This document shows, one piece after another, positions 37,564-49,500 of a stretch of DNA of 64,000 bases. Origin of the DNA: Okamejei kenojei (Eukaryota); contig CM069160.1 of the NCBI GenBank assembly GCA_035221665.1, forward strand, positions 6,510,001-6,574,000, read 5' to 3'. Position numbers and translations under genes: made by a program. Each line of letters starts with the position of its first letter. Within the stretch, counting starts at the first letter, position 1. The notes under the pieces were generated by a model, which saw only the letters and a program-made list of their open reading frames with translations, was not told the origin of the DNA and did no database searches.

Positions 37564-40500
37564 ACAATCAGTTTGAAAAAGGGTTTCGGCCCGAAACGTT
37601 GCCTATTTCCTTGCTCCATAGATACTGCTTCACCCGCTGAGTTTCTCCAGTATTTTTGTCTGGCCACAGATTAAGAATAAGGGCAAGGCCATTTAGGACA
37701 GCTTTGAGGAACAACTTTTTCACTAAGAGAGTTGTGAATCTGTGGAATTCTCTGCCACAGCCGGAAGTGGAGGTCAATTCACTGGATGTTTTCAAGAGAG
37801 TTAAATTTACCTTTTAGGGATGAAGGTATCAAGTGATACCGGGAAAAAGCAGGAACGGGGTATTGATTTTAGATGATCAACCATGATCATATTGAATGAC
37901 CGTGCTGACATGAAGGGCCGATTAGAAACATAGAAACATAGAAATTAGGTGCAGGAGCAGGCCATTCGGCCCTTCGAACCTGCACCGCCATTCAATATGA
38001 TCATGGCTGATCATCCAACTCAGTATCCTGTACCTGCCATCTCTCCATGCCCCCTGATCCCTTCAGCCACAATGGCCACATTTAACTCCCTCTTAAATAT
38101 GGCCAACGAACTGGCCTCAACTACCTTCTGTGGCAGAGAATTCCACAGATTCACCACTCTCTGTGTGAAAAATGATTTTCTCATCTCGGTCCTAAAAGAC
38201 TTCCCCCTTATCCTTAAATTGTGACCCCTTGTCCTGGAGTTCCCCAACATCGGGAACAATTCTTCCTGCATCTAGCCTGTCCAAATCCTTAAGAATGTTT
38301 GTAAGTCTCTATGAGATCACCCCTCAATCTTCTAAATTCCAGCGAGTACAAGCGGAATCTATCCAGTCTTTCTTCACATGGAAGTCGTGCCATCTAGGAA
38401 TCAGTCTGGTGAACCTTCTCTGTACTCCCTCTATGGCAAGAATGTGTTTCCTCAGATTAGGAGACCAAACCTGTACGCAATACTCCTGGTGTGGCCTCGC
38501 CAAGATCCAGTACAACTGCAGTAGAACCTCCCTGCTCTTTTACTCAAATCATTTTGCTATGAATGCCAACATACCATTCGCTTTCTTCACAGCCTGCTGC
38601 ACCTGCATGCCTACTTTCAATGACTGGTGTACCATGGCACCCAGGTCTCGTTGCATCTCCCCTTTTCCTAATCGGTCACCATTCAAATAATAGTCTACTT
38701 TCATGTTTTTGCCACCAAAGTGGATAACCTCACATTTATCAGTGGATAACCTCACGTTGATTGGCCTACACCTGCACCTATTTTTCTTATTTACGTTACT
38801 TCTTAACGTAAATAATAAAAAGGCAGGCACAGCTGGTGCCCATGTGAGTGCTCATGGCTACACCTTTAACTTGGAGAAAGTGAGAGATGAAAGGAGAAGT
38901 GTGGAGGGTGAGGAGAGGTTTGACCCGGCCTCTGGCAGTTCGGTCCAAACGCCCATCATCCTTGGAGTGGAAAACCTGCTGCCAAGTTGTTATTACATCT
39001 TCCCCTCTCACCTTAAACCTATGCTCTCTGGTTCTTGAATCTCCGAGCCTGGAACATCCCCTCATGATTTTATAAAATCATACACCTCCGTGTGCTCAAG
39101 CCTCTATAAAGTGGATGCTCACAGTCTGTTCCCAGTGTTGAGTCTAACGTTTGATGACACTGTTTAAAATACATTTGGATAGGTACATGGGTGGGAAACA
39201 TAAAGACATGCAGATGCTGGTTTACAAAAGGTCAGGCAGCATCTCTGGAGTAAATGGACAGGTGATGTTTCAGGTCGGGACCTTCTTCAGACAGCAGACA
39301 GATTGCGGTGGGGGGGGGGTGCGGAAAACTGGAAGAGCTGGGAGGGTCTGGTGAGTGATAGGTGGATGCATGGGGGAGTTGATGGGTAGATGGACTAGGG
39401 CAGTAATTAAGAGGCAAAAGGTGCCACACAATGACAGAAGAGTTGACTGCGAGTCTTACCCCCGAGACCCAGTGCTGGGCACAGCTCAGTCCGTGTACGT
39501 TAATGGATGAGGCACGGCCATGCAGGAGGCTTGGCGAGGCGTGGAAGTTGGGCGGGCAGTGGGAGGGCAGGAGACCGTCAGAGTACACAATATCTGCCTC
39601 AACCACCACCCCTGGCAATGCATTCCAGGCCCCCACTAGTCTGTGTAATTAAACTCTTCCCTGTACCTCAGCTTTATAACTAAGTCCTCTAGTGGGGGAC
39701 GTGTTGCAGGTTAATTGGCCTTTGTTAAATATCCCTGGTGTGTGGGAAGTGGATTTGAAAGTGGGATAACATGGAACAAGTGTGAATGGGTGATCGATGG
39801 TCAGCATGAACTCGGTGGGCTGAAGGGCCTGTTTCCATGCTGTATCTCCAAAGCAAACTACATTAAATCACCGTGGATCTCTTGCATCTTAATCTTCTGG
39901 ATCAGCTGCCATGGGGGGCTTTATCACGTGCCTTACAATCACCCACACACACAACNNNNNNNNNNNNNNNNNNNNNNNNNNNNNNNNNNNNNNNNNNNNN
40001 NNNNNNNNNNNNNNNNNNNNNNNNNNNNNNNNNNNNNNNNNNNNNNNNNNNNNNNNNNNNNNNNNNNNNNNNNNNNNNNNNNNNNNNNNNNNNNNNNNNN
40101 NNNNNNNNNNNNNNNNNNNNNNNNNNNNNNNNNNNNNNNNNNNNNNNNNNNNNNNNNNNNNNNNNNNNNNGTGTGTGTGTGTGTGGGTGTTGTGGGGGGT
40201 GTGTGGGGGGTGTGTGTGGGTGTGTGGAGGGGGTTTTGAGTGTGTGTGGGGTGGGTGTGTATGGAGNNNNNNNNNNNNNNNNNNNNNNNNNNNNNNNNNN
40301 NNNNNNNNNNNNNNNNNNNNNNNNNNNNNNNNNNNNNNNNNNNNNNNNNNNNNNNNNNNNNNNNNNNNNNNNNNNNNNNNNNNNNNNNNNNNNNNNNNNN
40401 NNNNNNNNNNNNNNNNNNNNNNNNNNNNNNNNNNNNNNNNNNNNNNNNNNNNNNNNNNNNNNNNNNNNNNNNNNNTGTGTGTGTGGAGTGGGTGTCTATG

Positions 40501-43500
40501 GAGTGTGTGTGGGTGTGGTGGGTTTGTGTGTGTGTGCGTGTGNNNNNNNNNNNNNNNNNNNNNNNNNNNNNNNNNNNNNNNNNNNNNNNNNNNNNNNNNN
40601 NNNNNNNNNNNNNNNNNNNNNNNNNNNNNNNNNNNNNNNNNNNNNNNNNNNNNNNNNNNNNNNNNNNNNNNNNNNNNNNNNNNNNNNNNNNNNNNNNNNN
40701 NNNNNNNNNNNNNNNNNNNNNNNNNNNNNNNNNNNNNNNNNNNNNNNNNNNNNNNNNNNNNNNNNNNNNNNNNNNNNNNNNNNNNNNNNNNNNNNNNNNN
40801 NNNNNNNNNNNNNNNNNNNNNNNNNNNNNNNNNNNNNNNNNNNNNNNNNNNNNNNNNNNNNNGTCTCTGACTCCGTGCCCGGTTCCAGGCTCCCATTCGC
40901 TGCGTTATTTCTACACGGGGGTGACCCCGGGCTCGGGGGTCCCTGAGTTCACGATTGTCGGATACGTGGACGAGGGGCAGATTGTTCACTACGACAGCGA
41001 CAGAGGAAAGTTGGAGCCGCGGCAGCGGTGGATGGCAGAGAGTCAGGGGGCCGACTACTGGAAGCGGGAGACACAGATCCTGCGGGACACGGAGCCGATG
41101 TTCAAGGGCAACATCCAGACCGCCATGAGCAGAACCAACCAGAGCGGAGGTGAGAGCGGGGATGTACCACGTGTGTGTGCGGGGGGATGTACCACGTGTG
41201 TGTGTGCGGGGGGGGTGTACCACGTGTGTGTGTGTGGGGGGGTGTACCACGTGTGTGTATGGGGAATGTACCACGTGTGTGTGTAGGGGGGATGTATCAC
41301 GTGTGTGTGTAGGGGGATGTACCAAGATTGTGTGTATGGGGGGGATGTACCACGTGTGTGTGTGTGTGTGTGGGGGGGGGGTGTAACACGTTGTCTGTGC
41401 CGGGGATGTACCACGTGTGTGTGTGCCTGCGGGGATGTACCACGTGTGTGTGTGGGGAGATGTACCACGTGTGTGTGTGTGTGTGTGTGTAGGGGATGTA
41501 CCACGTGCGTGTGTGGGGGGATGTACCACGTGTGTGTTTGGGGGGATGTACCACATGTGTATGTGTGGGGGGATGTACCACGTGTGTGTGTGGGGGGATG
41601 TATCACGTGTGTATGTGTGGGGGATGTACCACGTGGTATGTGTGGGGGGATGTACCACGTGTGTATGTGTGGGGGGTATGTACCACGTGTGTGTGGGGGT
41701 GATGTACCACGTGTGTGTGTGGGGGGATGTACCACGTGTGTGTGTAGGGGGGGATGTACCACGTGTGTGTGTGGGGGGATGTACCACGTGTGTGTGGGGG
41801 GGTGTACCACGTGTGTGTGTGAGTGGGGGGGTGTACCACGTGTGTGTGTGGGGGGGATGCACCACGTGTGTGGGGGGATGCACCCACGTGTGTGTCTGGG
41901 TGGGATGTAACCACATGTGTGTGTGGGGGTGTATCACGTGTGTGGGGTGATGTACCACGTGTGAGTGGGGGATGTACCACGTGTGTGTGGTCGGGGGTGT
42001 ACCACGTGTGTGTGTGTGTGTGTGGTGGGGGATGCACGACGTGTGTGTGGGGAGATGTACCATGTGTGGTGTGTGTGTGTGTGCGGAGGGGATGTACCTA
42101 CGTGTGTGTGTGGGGGAGGATGCACCCACGTGTGTGTGGGGGGGTGTACCACGTGTGTGTGTGGGGAGGATGCACCACGTGTGTGTGGGGGGATTACAAC
42201 GTGTGTGGGTGGGGATGTACCACGTGTGTGTGTGGAGGATGTACCGCGTATGTGTGTGTGGGAGGATGTACCACGTGTGTGTGTGTGGGGAGGGGGGGTC
42301 AGCCCCACTGACGGCCGTGTGTTGCAGGGATCCACACCTTCCAGCAGATGTACGGCTGTGAGCTGCGCTCGGACGGCTCCACCGCCGGGTTTGACCAGAT
42401 CGGCTGGGACGGAGAAGACTTCATCAGTTTCGACAAGGAGCACATGGTGTGGGTGACGCCCGTCACCTGGGGGTTGTTGACCAAACACAAGTTGGACCGG
42501 AACACGGGCGGGAACCATCAGAACAAAGCCTACCTGGAGGAGACGTGCATCGAGTGGCTGCGGAAATATGTCCAGGCCGCACAGAGTCAACTCACCCCTG
42601 GTGAGTGGATCAGAGATGTTGCCCACTACACTCCCCCTCTCCCCCCTCTCTCTCTCCTCCTCACTCTTCCCCTCAATCTCTCCCTCTCTATCTCTCCCTC
42701 TCTGTCTGCCCCCTCTCTCTCACAAACTCCCTCCACCATCTCTCTCCCACCCTTCTCTCCCTCCTCCCTCCCCCTCGCTATATCCCTCTCCCCCGCTCTC
42801 TCACCGCCCACTCTCTCTCTCCGCCCTCTGTTCCCTCTTTCACCCTCACTCCCCCATCTCTCTCCCCCTCTCTCTCCCCCCCCCCCCCTCTCTCCCCTCT
42901 CTCTACCGCCCTCTCTCTTCTGCCCTCTCTCTCCCGCCCTCTCTCTCCCTCTCCTCTCTCTCCCCCGCTCCTCTCCCGCTCTCCCTGCTCTCTCCGGCTC
43001 TCTCTCCCCTATCTATCCCCCTCTCTCTCCCCCCACTATCCACTCTCTCTCCCCCCTCCCTCTTCCCCTCTCACTCCCCAGGTGCCCCTCTCTCATCCCC
43101 TCTCTCACGCTCACTCCCCCTCTCTCACGCCCACTCTCTCCCACTATCTCTCCCTTCTTTCTCACTCCCCTCCTCCTCTCCCCCCTCCCCCTCCCCCTCC
43201 CCTCACTCCCCCCTCACCCTCTCTCTCCCCCTCACCCTCTCTCTCCCCTCTCTCTTTCCGATTTCACCTCTCTCCCTCATTCTCCCCACCTTACACCCCC
43301 TCTCTTCCCCCTCACACCCCCTCCCCCCCTCCTTCACCCCCTCTCCCCACTCCCTCCCCCCTGTCCCCACTCTCCCCCGCCCTCTCCTCACTCTCTCCCT
43401 CCCTCTCCCCTCTTTAGCCCCTCCCCCTCCCTGTCGTCTCCCCTAATCTCTCCCCTCTCCCTCCCCCCTCTCCCCCTCTCTCCCCTCTCTCTCCCCATCA

Positions 43501-46500
43501 CCCCCCTCTTCACCCCATCACCCCCTCTTTTTCCCCCCCTCTCCCGCCCCCTTCTCCAGCCCCCTCCCCCCTCTCCCCCCTCCCCGCCTCCTCCCCCTCC
43601 TCTCTCCCCCTCCTCTCCCCCTCCCCCTCTCCCCCCACTCTTTCTCCCCTCTTTCCACCGTCTCACCCCCTCTCGCACCCCCACTCCCTCTCTCACAGCT
43701 CCTTCTCTCTCTCCCCCTTCCAACCCCCTCTCCCCTCTTTCGCCCCTCCCACCACTCTCTCTGCTCTGTTTCTCCTCCTCAATTCTCTAACGCCGACTCT
43801 CTCCCCCTCCTCTTTCTCCCAACGCTCTCTCTCCCGCGCTCTCTCCCACCTCTCTCTACCCCACTCTCTACCCCCTCTCTCTCCCCCTATCTCTACCCCT
43901 GCCCCCTCTCTCTCCCCCTCCCTCACACCTCTCTCTCACTCCCTTCCCTCTCTTCCCCTCTCTTTCCCCCTCCTCTTTCACGCTCTCCCCTACCTCTCTC
44001 TCCCNNNNNNNNNNNNNNNNNNNNNNNNNNNNNNNNNNNNNNNNNNNNNNNNNNNNNNNNNNNNNNNNNNNNNNNNNNNNNNNNNNNNNNNNNNNNNNNN
44101 NNNNNNNNNNNNNNNNNNNNNNNNNNNNNNNNNNNNNNNNNNNNNNNNNNNNCCTTATCTCTCCCCTCTCTGTTCCCGCTCTCCAATCCTTCTCTCCCTC
44201 TCTCTTCTTCTCACCCTCCCCCCTCTCTCCCCTTCTCACCCTCCCCCCTCTCTCCCTCCCCTCTCTCCCTTCTCTCTTCCCTCTCTCCCACCTAATCCCC
44301 CTCTTCCCGCCTCTTCCCCACTCTTCCCCCTCACCCACCTTTCCCCCTCACCCTCCTCTACACCCTCACCCCCTTTACCTCCTCTCACTCCCTCAACCCT
44401 ATCTCCCCAGTCCCCCCTCTCCCCCCGCTTTCCCCCCTCACCCCTCCATCCCTCCCTCAACCACACTCTGCCCCCTTCCCTCCTCTCCCCCCTCTCCCCC
44501 CTCTCCCCTCTTCCAACGCCCTACCCCTCTTTCACCCCTCACCCCCTCTATCTGCTCTCTTCCTCCCCCCAACTTTCTCCCACACGCTCACCCCACGCTC
44601 TCACCCCACCTCTCTCTATCCCCTCTCTCTCCCATCTATCTACCAACTTTCTCCTCCCCTTTCCCCTCTCTCCACCTCTCTCCCCCCCCTCTCTCCACCC
44701 TCTCTTCCCCCTCTCTCTCTCCCCCCTCTCTTTCCCCCTCTCTCTCTCCCCCTCTCTCCCCGCTCTCTCAAACCCCTCTCACCCCTCTCTCCCCCTCACC
44801 CACTCTCTCCGCTATCTCTCCTCTGTCTCTCTTCCCACTGTCTCTTCCCCTCCCAATCTCCGCCCACTCCCCCTCCCTCCCCCTCCCTCCCCCTCCCTCC
44901 CCCTCCCTCCCCCTGCTTCTCCCCTCTCTCCCGCCCTCCCTCCCCCTCCCTCCCCCTCTCTCCCCCCTCTCCCCCCTCTCTCCCCCCTCTCTGACCCCCT
45001 CTCTCCCAACTCTCTCCCCCTCTCTCCCTGACTCTCTCTCCCTCTTCCCAATCTCTCCCTCTCTCTCTCCCCTCTCTCTCCCCCCGCTCTTTCTCTCTCC
45101 ATCTCTCCATATCCCCCTCTCTCTCCCTCTCTCTCCCCATCTCCTACTCTCTCTCTCACTCTCTCCCACTCTCCCTCCCCATCTCTCTATCTCTCTCACC
45201 TCTCACTCCCCATTCTCCCTCCGCCTCTCGCTCTCTCCCCCCTCTCTCCCCCCAAATCTTTCCACCTCACTCTCTCCCCTCACTCTCTCCCCTCACTCTC
45301 CCCTCTTTCTCCCCCTCTCACCCCTCTCTCTCCCCTCTCTCACCCCTCTCTCTCCCCTATCCCCCTCTCTATCTCCCTCTCTATCACACTCTCACCCCTG
45401 TCTCACCTCTCTCTCTACCTTCATTGTTAAACCTCAAACATTGTTGCCAACGTTGGGCGAGTCCAGAACCAGGGGCCACAGTCTTAGAACAAAGGGCCAT
45501 TTAAGCCTGACGAGAGAAAAAAACGTTATCACCCAGAGAGTTGTGAATTTATGGAATTCCCTGCCACAGAGGGCAGTGGAGGCCAAATCAATGGATGTAT
45601 TTAAGAGAGAGTTAGATAGAGCTCTTGGGGCTAGTGGAGTCAAGGGATGTGGGGAGGAGGCAGGCACGGGTTATTGATAGCGGACGATCAGCCATGATCC
45701 CAATGAATGGCGGTGCTGGCTCGAAGGGCCGAATGGACTCCTCCTGCACCTATTTTCTGTTTCTATGTTCCCTCTCTGCCCAGCTCTACCCATCTCTCAC
45801 TCTCTACCCTCTATCTCTCTCCTTCTTCTCCCCACTCTTCTCCCCTTCTCTCTTCTCTCTATTCTCCCCCTCGCTATTCCTCACCCTCTTCCCCCGTCTT
45901 TCCACTCTCTCACCCCCTTCTCCCCTCTCTCCCCTCTCAAATCTCCCCTCTCTCTCCCCTCTATCTCTCTCTCTCCCCTCTATCTCTCTCCTCCTTTCTC
46001 TCCACCTCGTACACTTCTCACCCTAACCCTCCTTTGCTCCCTGTCGCACTTTCTCCCCTCCTGCCATTCTCTTCCCCCCTCACCACCCCGCTCTCTCCCC
46101 CCTCTCTCCCCCCTCTCTACCCCCTCATTCTTCCCCCTCTCTCTCGTCACTATCTCCCCTTTCCCCGCTCCCTCCCCCCATTCTTCCTCTCCCCGCCTCT
46201 CTTTCCCCCTCCTCTCCCCATTATCTCCCTCCCTCTCTCACCCCCCACTTCTCTCGCTCCATCCCCTCCCTATCTCTCCCTCTTTCCCCCACTCTCTCCC
46301 CATCTCTCCCCGTTCTCTCCTCCCGCTCTCCATCCCTCTATCACCCCCTCTCCCCATCTATACCTCACCCCCTCTCTTTTTCTCCCTCCTCACTCTCCCC
46401 TTCTCCCCCCCTCTCTCTCCACCTCTCCCCCTCTATCTTTCATCTCTTTTCCCCCTCTCTCCCCTTCACTCTGTTTCCCCTTCCCTCTGCCCCATCTCTC

Positions 46501-49500
46501 CCCTGCCTCTCTCGCCCATCTCCCTCTCTCTCCCCCTCTCTCCCTCCACCTCTCTGTCTTCTCCAGCTTCCCTCTCCCTCTCCCTCTCTCTTCCTCTCTT
46601 TATCCTCCTCCCCTTCCTTCCACCCCCTCGCTGCATCAATTTCCCCTCTCTCTCTCTCCCCTCACTCTCCCCTCCTCTCTCTCTCACCCGCCACTCTCTC
46701 CCCCTCTCTCCCCCCTCGCCCCCCTCTCTCACACACCTTCTATCCCCCTCTCCCCCAACCCCATTCTCCTGCCTTCTCCCCATAACCTCTGACATCTCTA
46801 GTAATCAAGAATCTATTTATCTCCCCCTTAAAACATTGCCACTGACGGACCTCCACAGCCTTCTGCGGCAATGAAATCCACAAATTCGCCACCTTCTGGC
46901 TAAAGACATTTCTGCTCATCTCCTTCCTAAATGAACGACCTTTAATTCTGAGGCTACGACCTCTGGTCCTAGACTCTCCCACGAGTTGAAACATCCTTCT
47001 CCACATCCACTCTAACTGAGCCTTTCACTACCCTGTATGTTTCAATGAGGTGTCCCCTCATTCTTCTAAACTCCAGCGAGTACAGGCCCAATGCCGACAA
47101 ACCCTCATCACAGGTTAAACTATTCCTGGGATAATTCCTGGGGTCATTCTTGTAAACCTCCGCTGGACTCTCTCCAGAGCCAGCACATCCTACCTTAGAT
47201 ACCGTGCCCAAATCTACTCACTATATTCCAAATGCGGCCTGACCAGCTCCTTGTAGAGTCTCAGCATTACATCCCTGTGTGTGTATACACGCACTCTTGA
47301 AATAAATGCTAGCATCGAGTTTCCTTTCTTTAGTATCGATTCGACTTGTAGAGTAACTTTTTTGGGAATCCTGCACCAACACTCCCAATTCCTTTTGCAC
47401 CTCCGATTTCTCGAATCTCTCCTTGTTTAGAAAATAGTCTACGCCTTTATTCCTACTGCCACAAAGCATGACTCCACACATTGGCGCACTATATTGCATC
47501 TGCCACTTTTCTGCCCACTCTCCCAACCTGTCCATGTCCTTCTGCAGACTCCCTGCTTTCTCTACACTACCTGCCCCTCCACCTATTTTTGCATCATCCG
47601 CAAACTTTGCCACAAAGCCTTCAATCCGCACGTCCACATCATTAACATACAACGTGAAGTAGCGGCCCCAGCAGTGACCCCTGCTTAACTCCGCTAGTCA
47701 CTGGCAGCCAACCAGATACAGCCCCCTGTATTGCCACTCTTTGCCTTCTGCCATCCGGCCAACCTGCTGTCTCCCCCTCACTGTCTCCCGCTCACTGCCC
47801 CCCCCCCACTGTCTCCCCCTCACTGTCTTCCCCTCACCGTCTCCCCTTCACCGTCTCCGCCTCACCGTCTCCCCCTCACCGTCTCCCTCTCACCGTCTCC
47901 CCCTCACTGTCTCCCACCTCACCGTCTCCGCCTCACCGTATCCCTCTCACCATCTCCCCCTCACTGTCTCCCCCTCACCGTCTCCGCCTCACCATCTCCC
48001 CCTCACTGTCTCCCACTCACCGTCTCGCCCTCACTGTCTCCCCCTCACTGTCTCCCCATCACTGTCTCCCCCTCACTATCTCTCTCCCCTTCACTGTCTC
48101 CCCCTCAATGTCTCTCTCCCCTTCACTGTCTCCCCCTCACTGTCTCCCCATCACTGTCTCTCTCCCCACAGTTCAGCCCGAGGTGAGCATCTTCCTGTCG
48201 GCCGATGGCGGCCGCGTGTCGTGTTTCACCACGGGCTTCTACCCGCGCTCCATCGAGGTGAACCTGGTGCGGGACGGCCTGGTCCTGGATGAGAGCCGCT
48301 CCCACGGGACGCTGCCCAACCACGACGGCACCTTCCAGCAGCACCGCTGGGCCGACGTGGAGCCCGGGGACACGACCCCGCTCTCCTGCCGTGTGGAGCA
48401 CCCGGGGCTGTCCGAGACCCTCGAGGTCTTCCTGGGTGAGTGGGCCGGGGGGGGGGGGGGGGGGTGAAGGGTAGCGGGGGGTGGGAGTGGAGGTGAGAGG
48501 AAAGGGGAGGGGCAGGAGAGGAGCGGACTGGGTGAGGGGAGGGAGGGGGAGAGCGGCAGAGTGGAAACGGGTGGCGGGGATTGTGGGAGGGGGTGAGTGG
48601 GGGGAGAGGAGTGGTGGGCGCACAGGGCAGGTGGGTGAGGAGGGAGGCGGTAGGGATGGGAGAGGAGGGGGTGAGAAGGGGAGGAGGATGAGTGAGACTA
48701 GGGGAAGGAGAGAGTGTGTGGGGGAGGAGATCTGGGACCCCGGCCCCTGTCTCTCACCCGCCTCTCTTTCAGGATCTCGGCCAGTCGGGCAGCTACGTGA
48801 GGATCATCATGTTCGTTGTCCTGGCGGCGCTGACGGTGGCCGCGGCCGTGGGGGGGTTGTAGTCGGGGGAGAGGAGGGGGTGAGAAGGGGGGGAGGATGA
48901 CAGTATCGGGCCCTTCGGCCCAACGTGTCCGTGTCTGCCCGTCAGGGGCCCATGGACATTGGTCCCATTTGCCGGCTCTGGGCCGCTGGTTCTCTGCCTG
49001 GAAGCTCCTGGTGGATATCCATCGGGCTGAGAGTCTCTGCTCCCCCACCCGTCGGGAAGTGCGAACACATTGCAGCACCCGGGGGAGGGGGGGGTTATTC
49101 TCCAATCAGCCTCCGTCAAACCGCAGCTCTGCCCGGGGCCAAGGGACCACCCGCCCGCTGCATGTCCGCATCATCCTCCGTGCACCTCCACCCCGTGACC
49201 CCGGCGGAAACTCCGTGCACCTCCACCTCTCCCTTCCACCTCCCCTCCTTCTCCCGTCCAAATCCCCTCCTCCCCCTCCATCTCACCATCCCGCTCCCCG
49301 TCCTCACCACACTGCTCCCCTCACTCCCCATATCTCACTCCCTCCCTCATCGCCTCCAACCGGTCCATCCCCTCCCCCTCCATCCCCTTCCCCGCGTTTC
49401 CTCCTCCCTTTCTCACACCGATCCCCCGCCTCTCCCACCCGCCCCTCCCTCTCCCCCTCTCAATCCCCCTCCCTCCCCCGTCTCCACTCTCCCTCCCGCC

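Noticed and set aside
39889-42311. Long His/Thr/Pro- and Cys/Val/Gly-rich ORFs (up to 746 aa)
   Set aside because: Translations of the intron 2 minisatellite and N gaps
42601-46874. Pro/Leu/Ser-rich ORFs of 270-480 aa
   Set aside because: Stop-free only because polypyrimidine tracts lack stop codons; only 42328-42600 is real exon
48255-48280. Ig C1 core Trp absent in alpha3 (IEVNLVRDG)
   Set aside because: As I recall, shark class I alpha3 commonly has Leu here, so it is not evidence of loss of function
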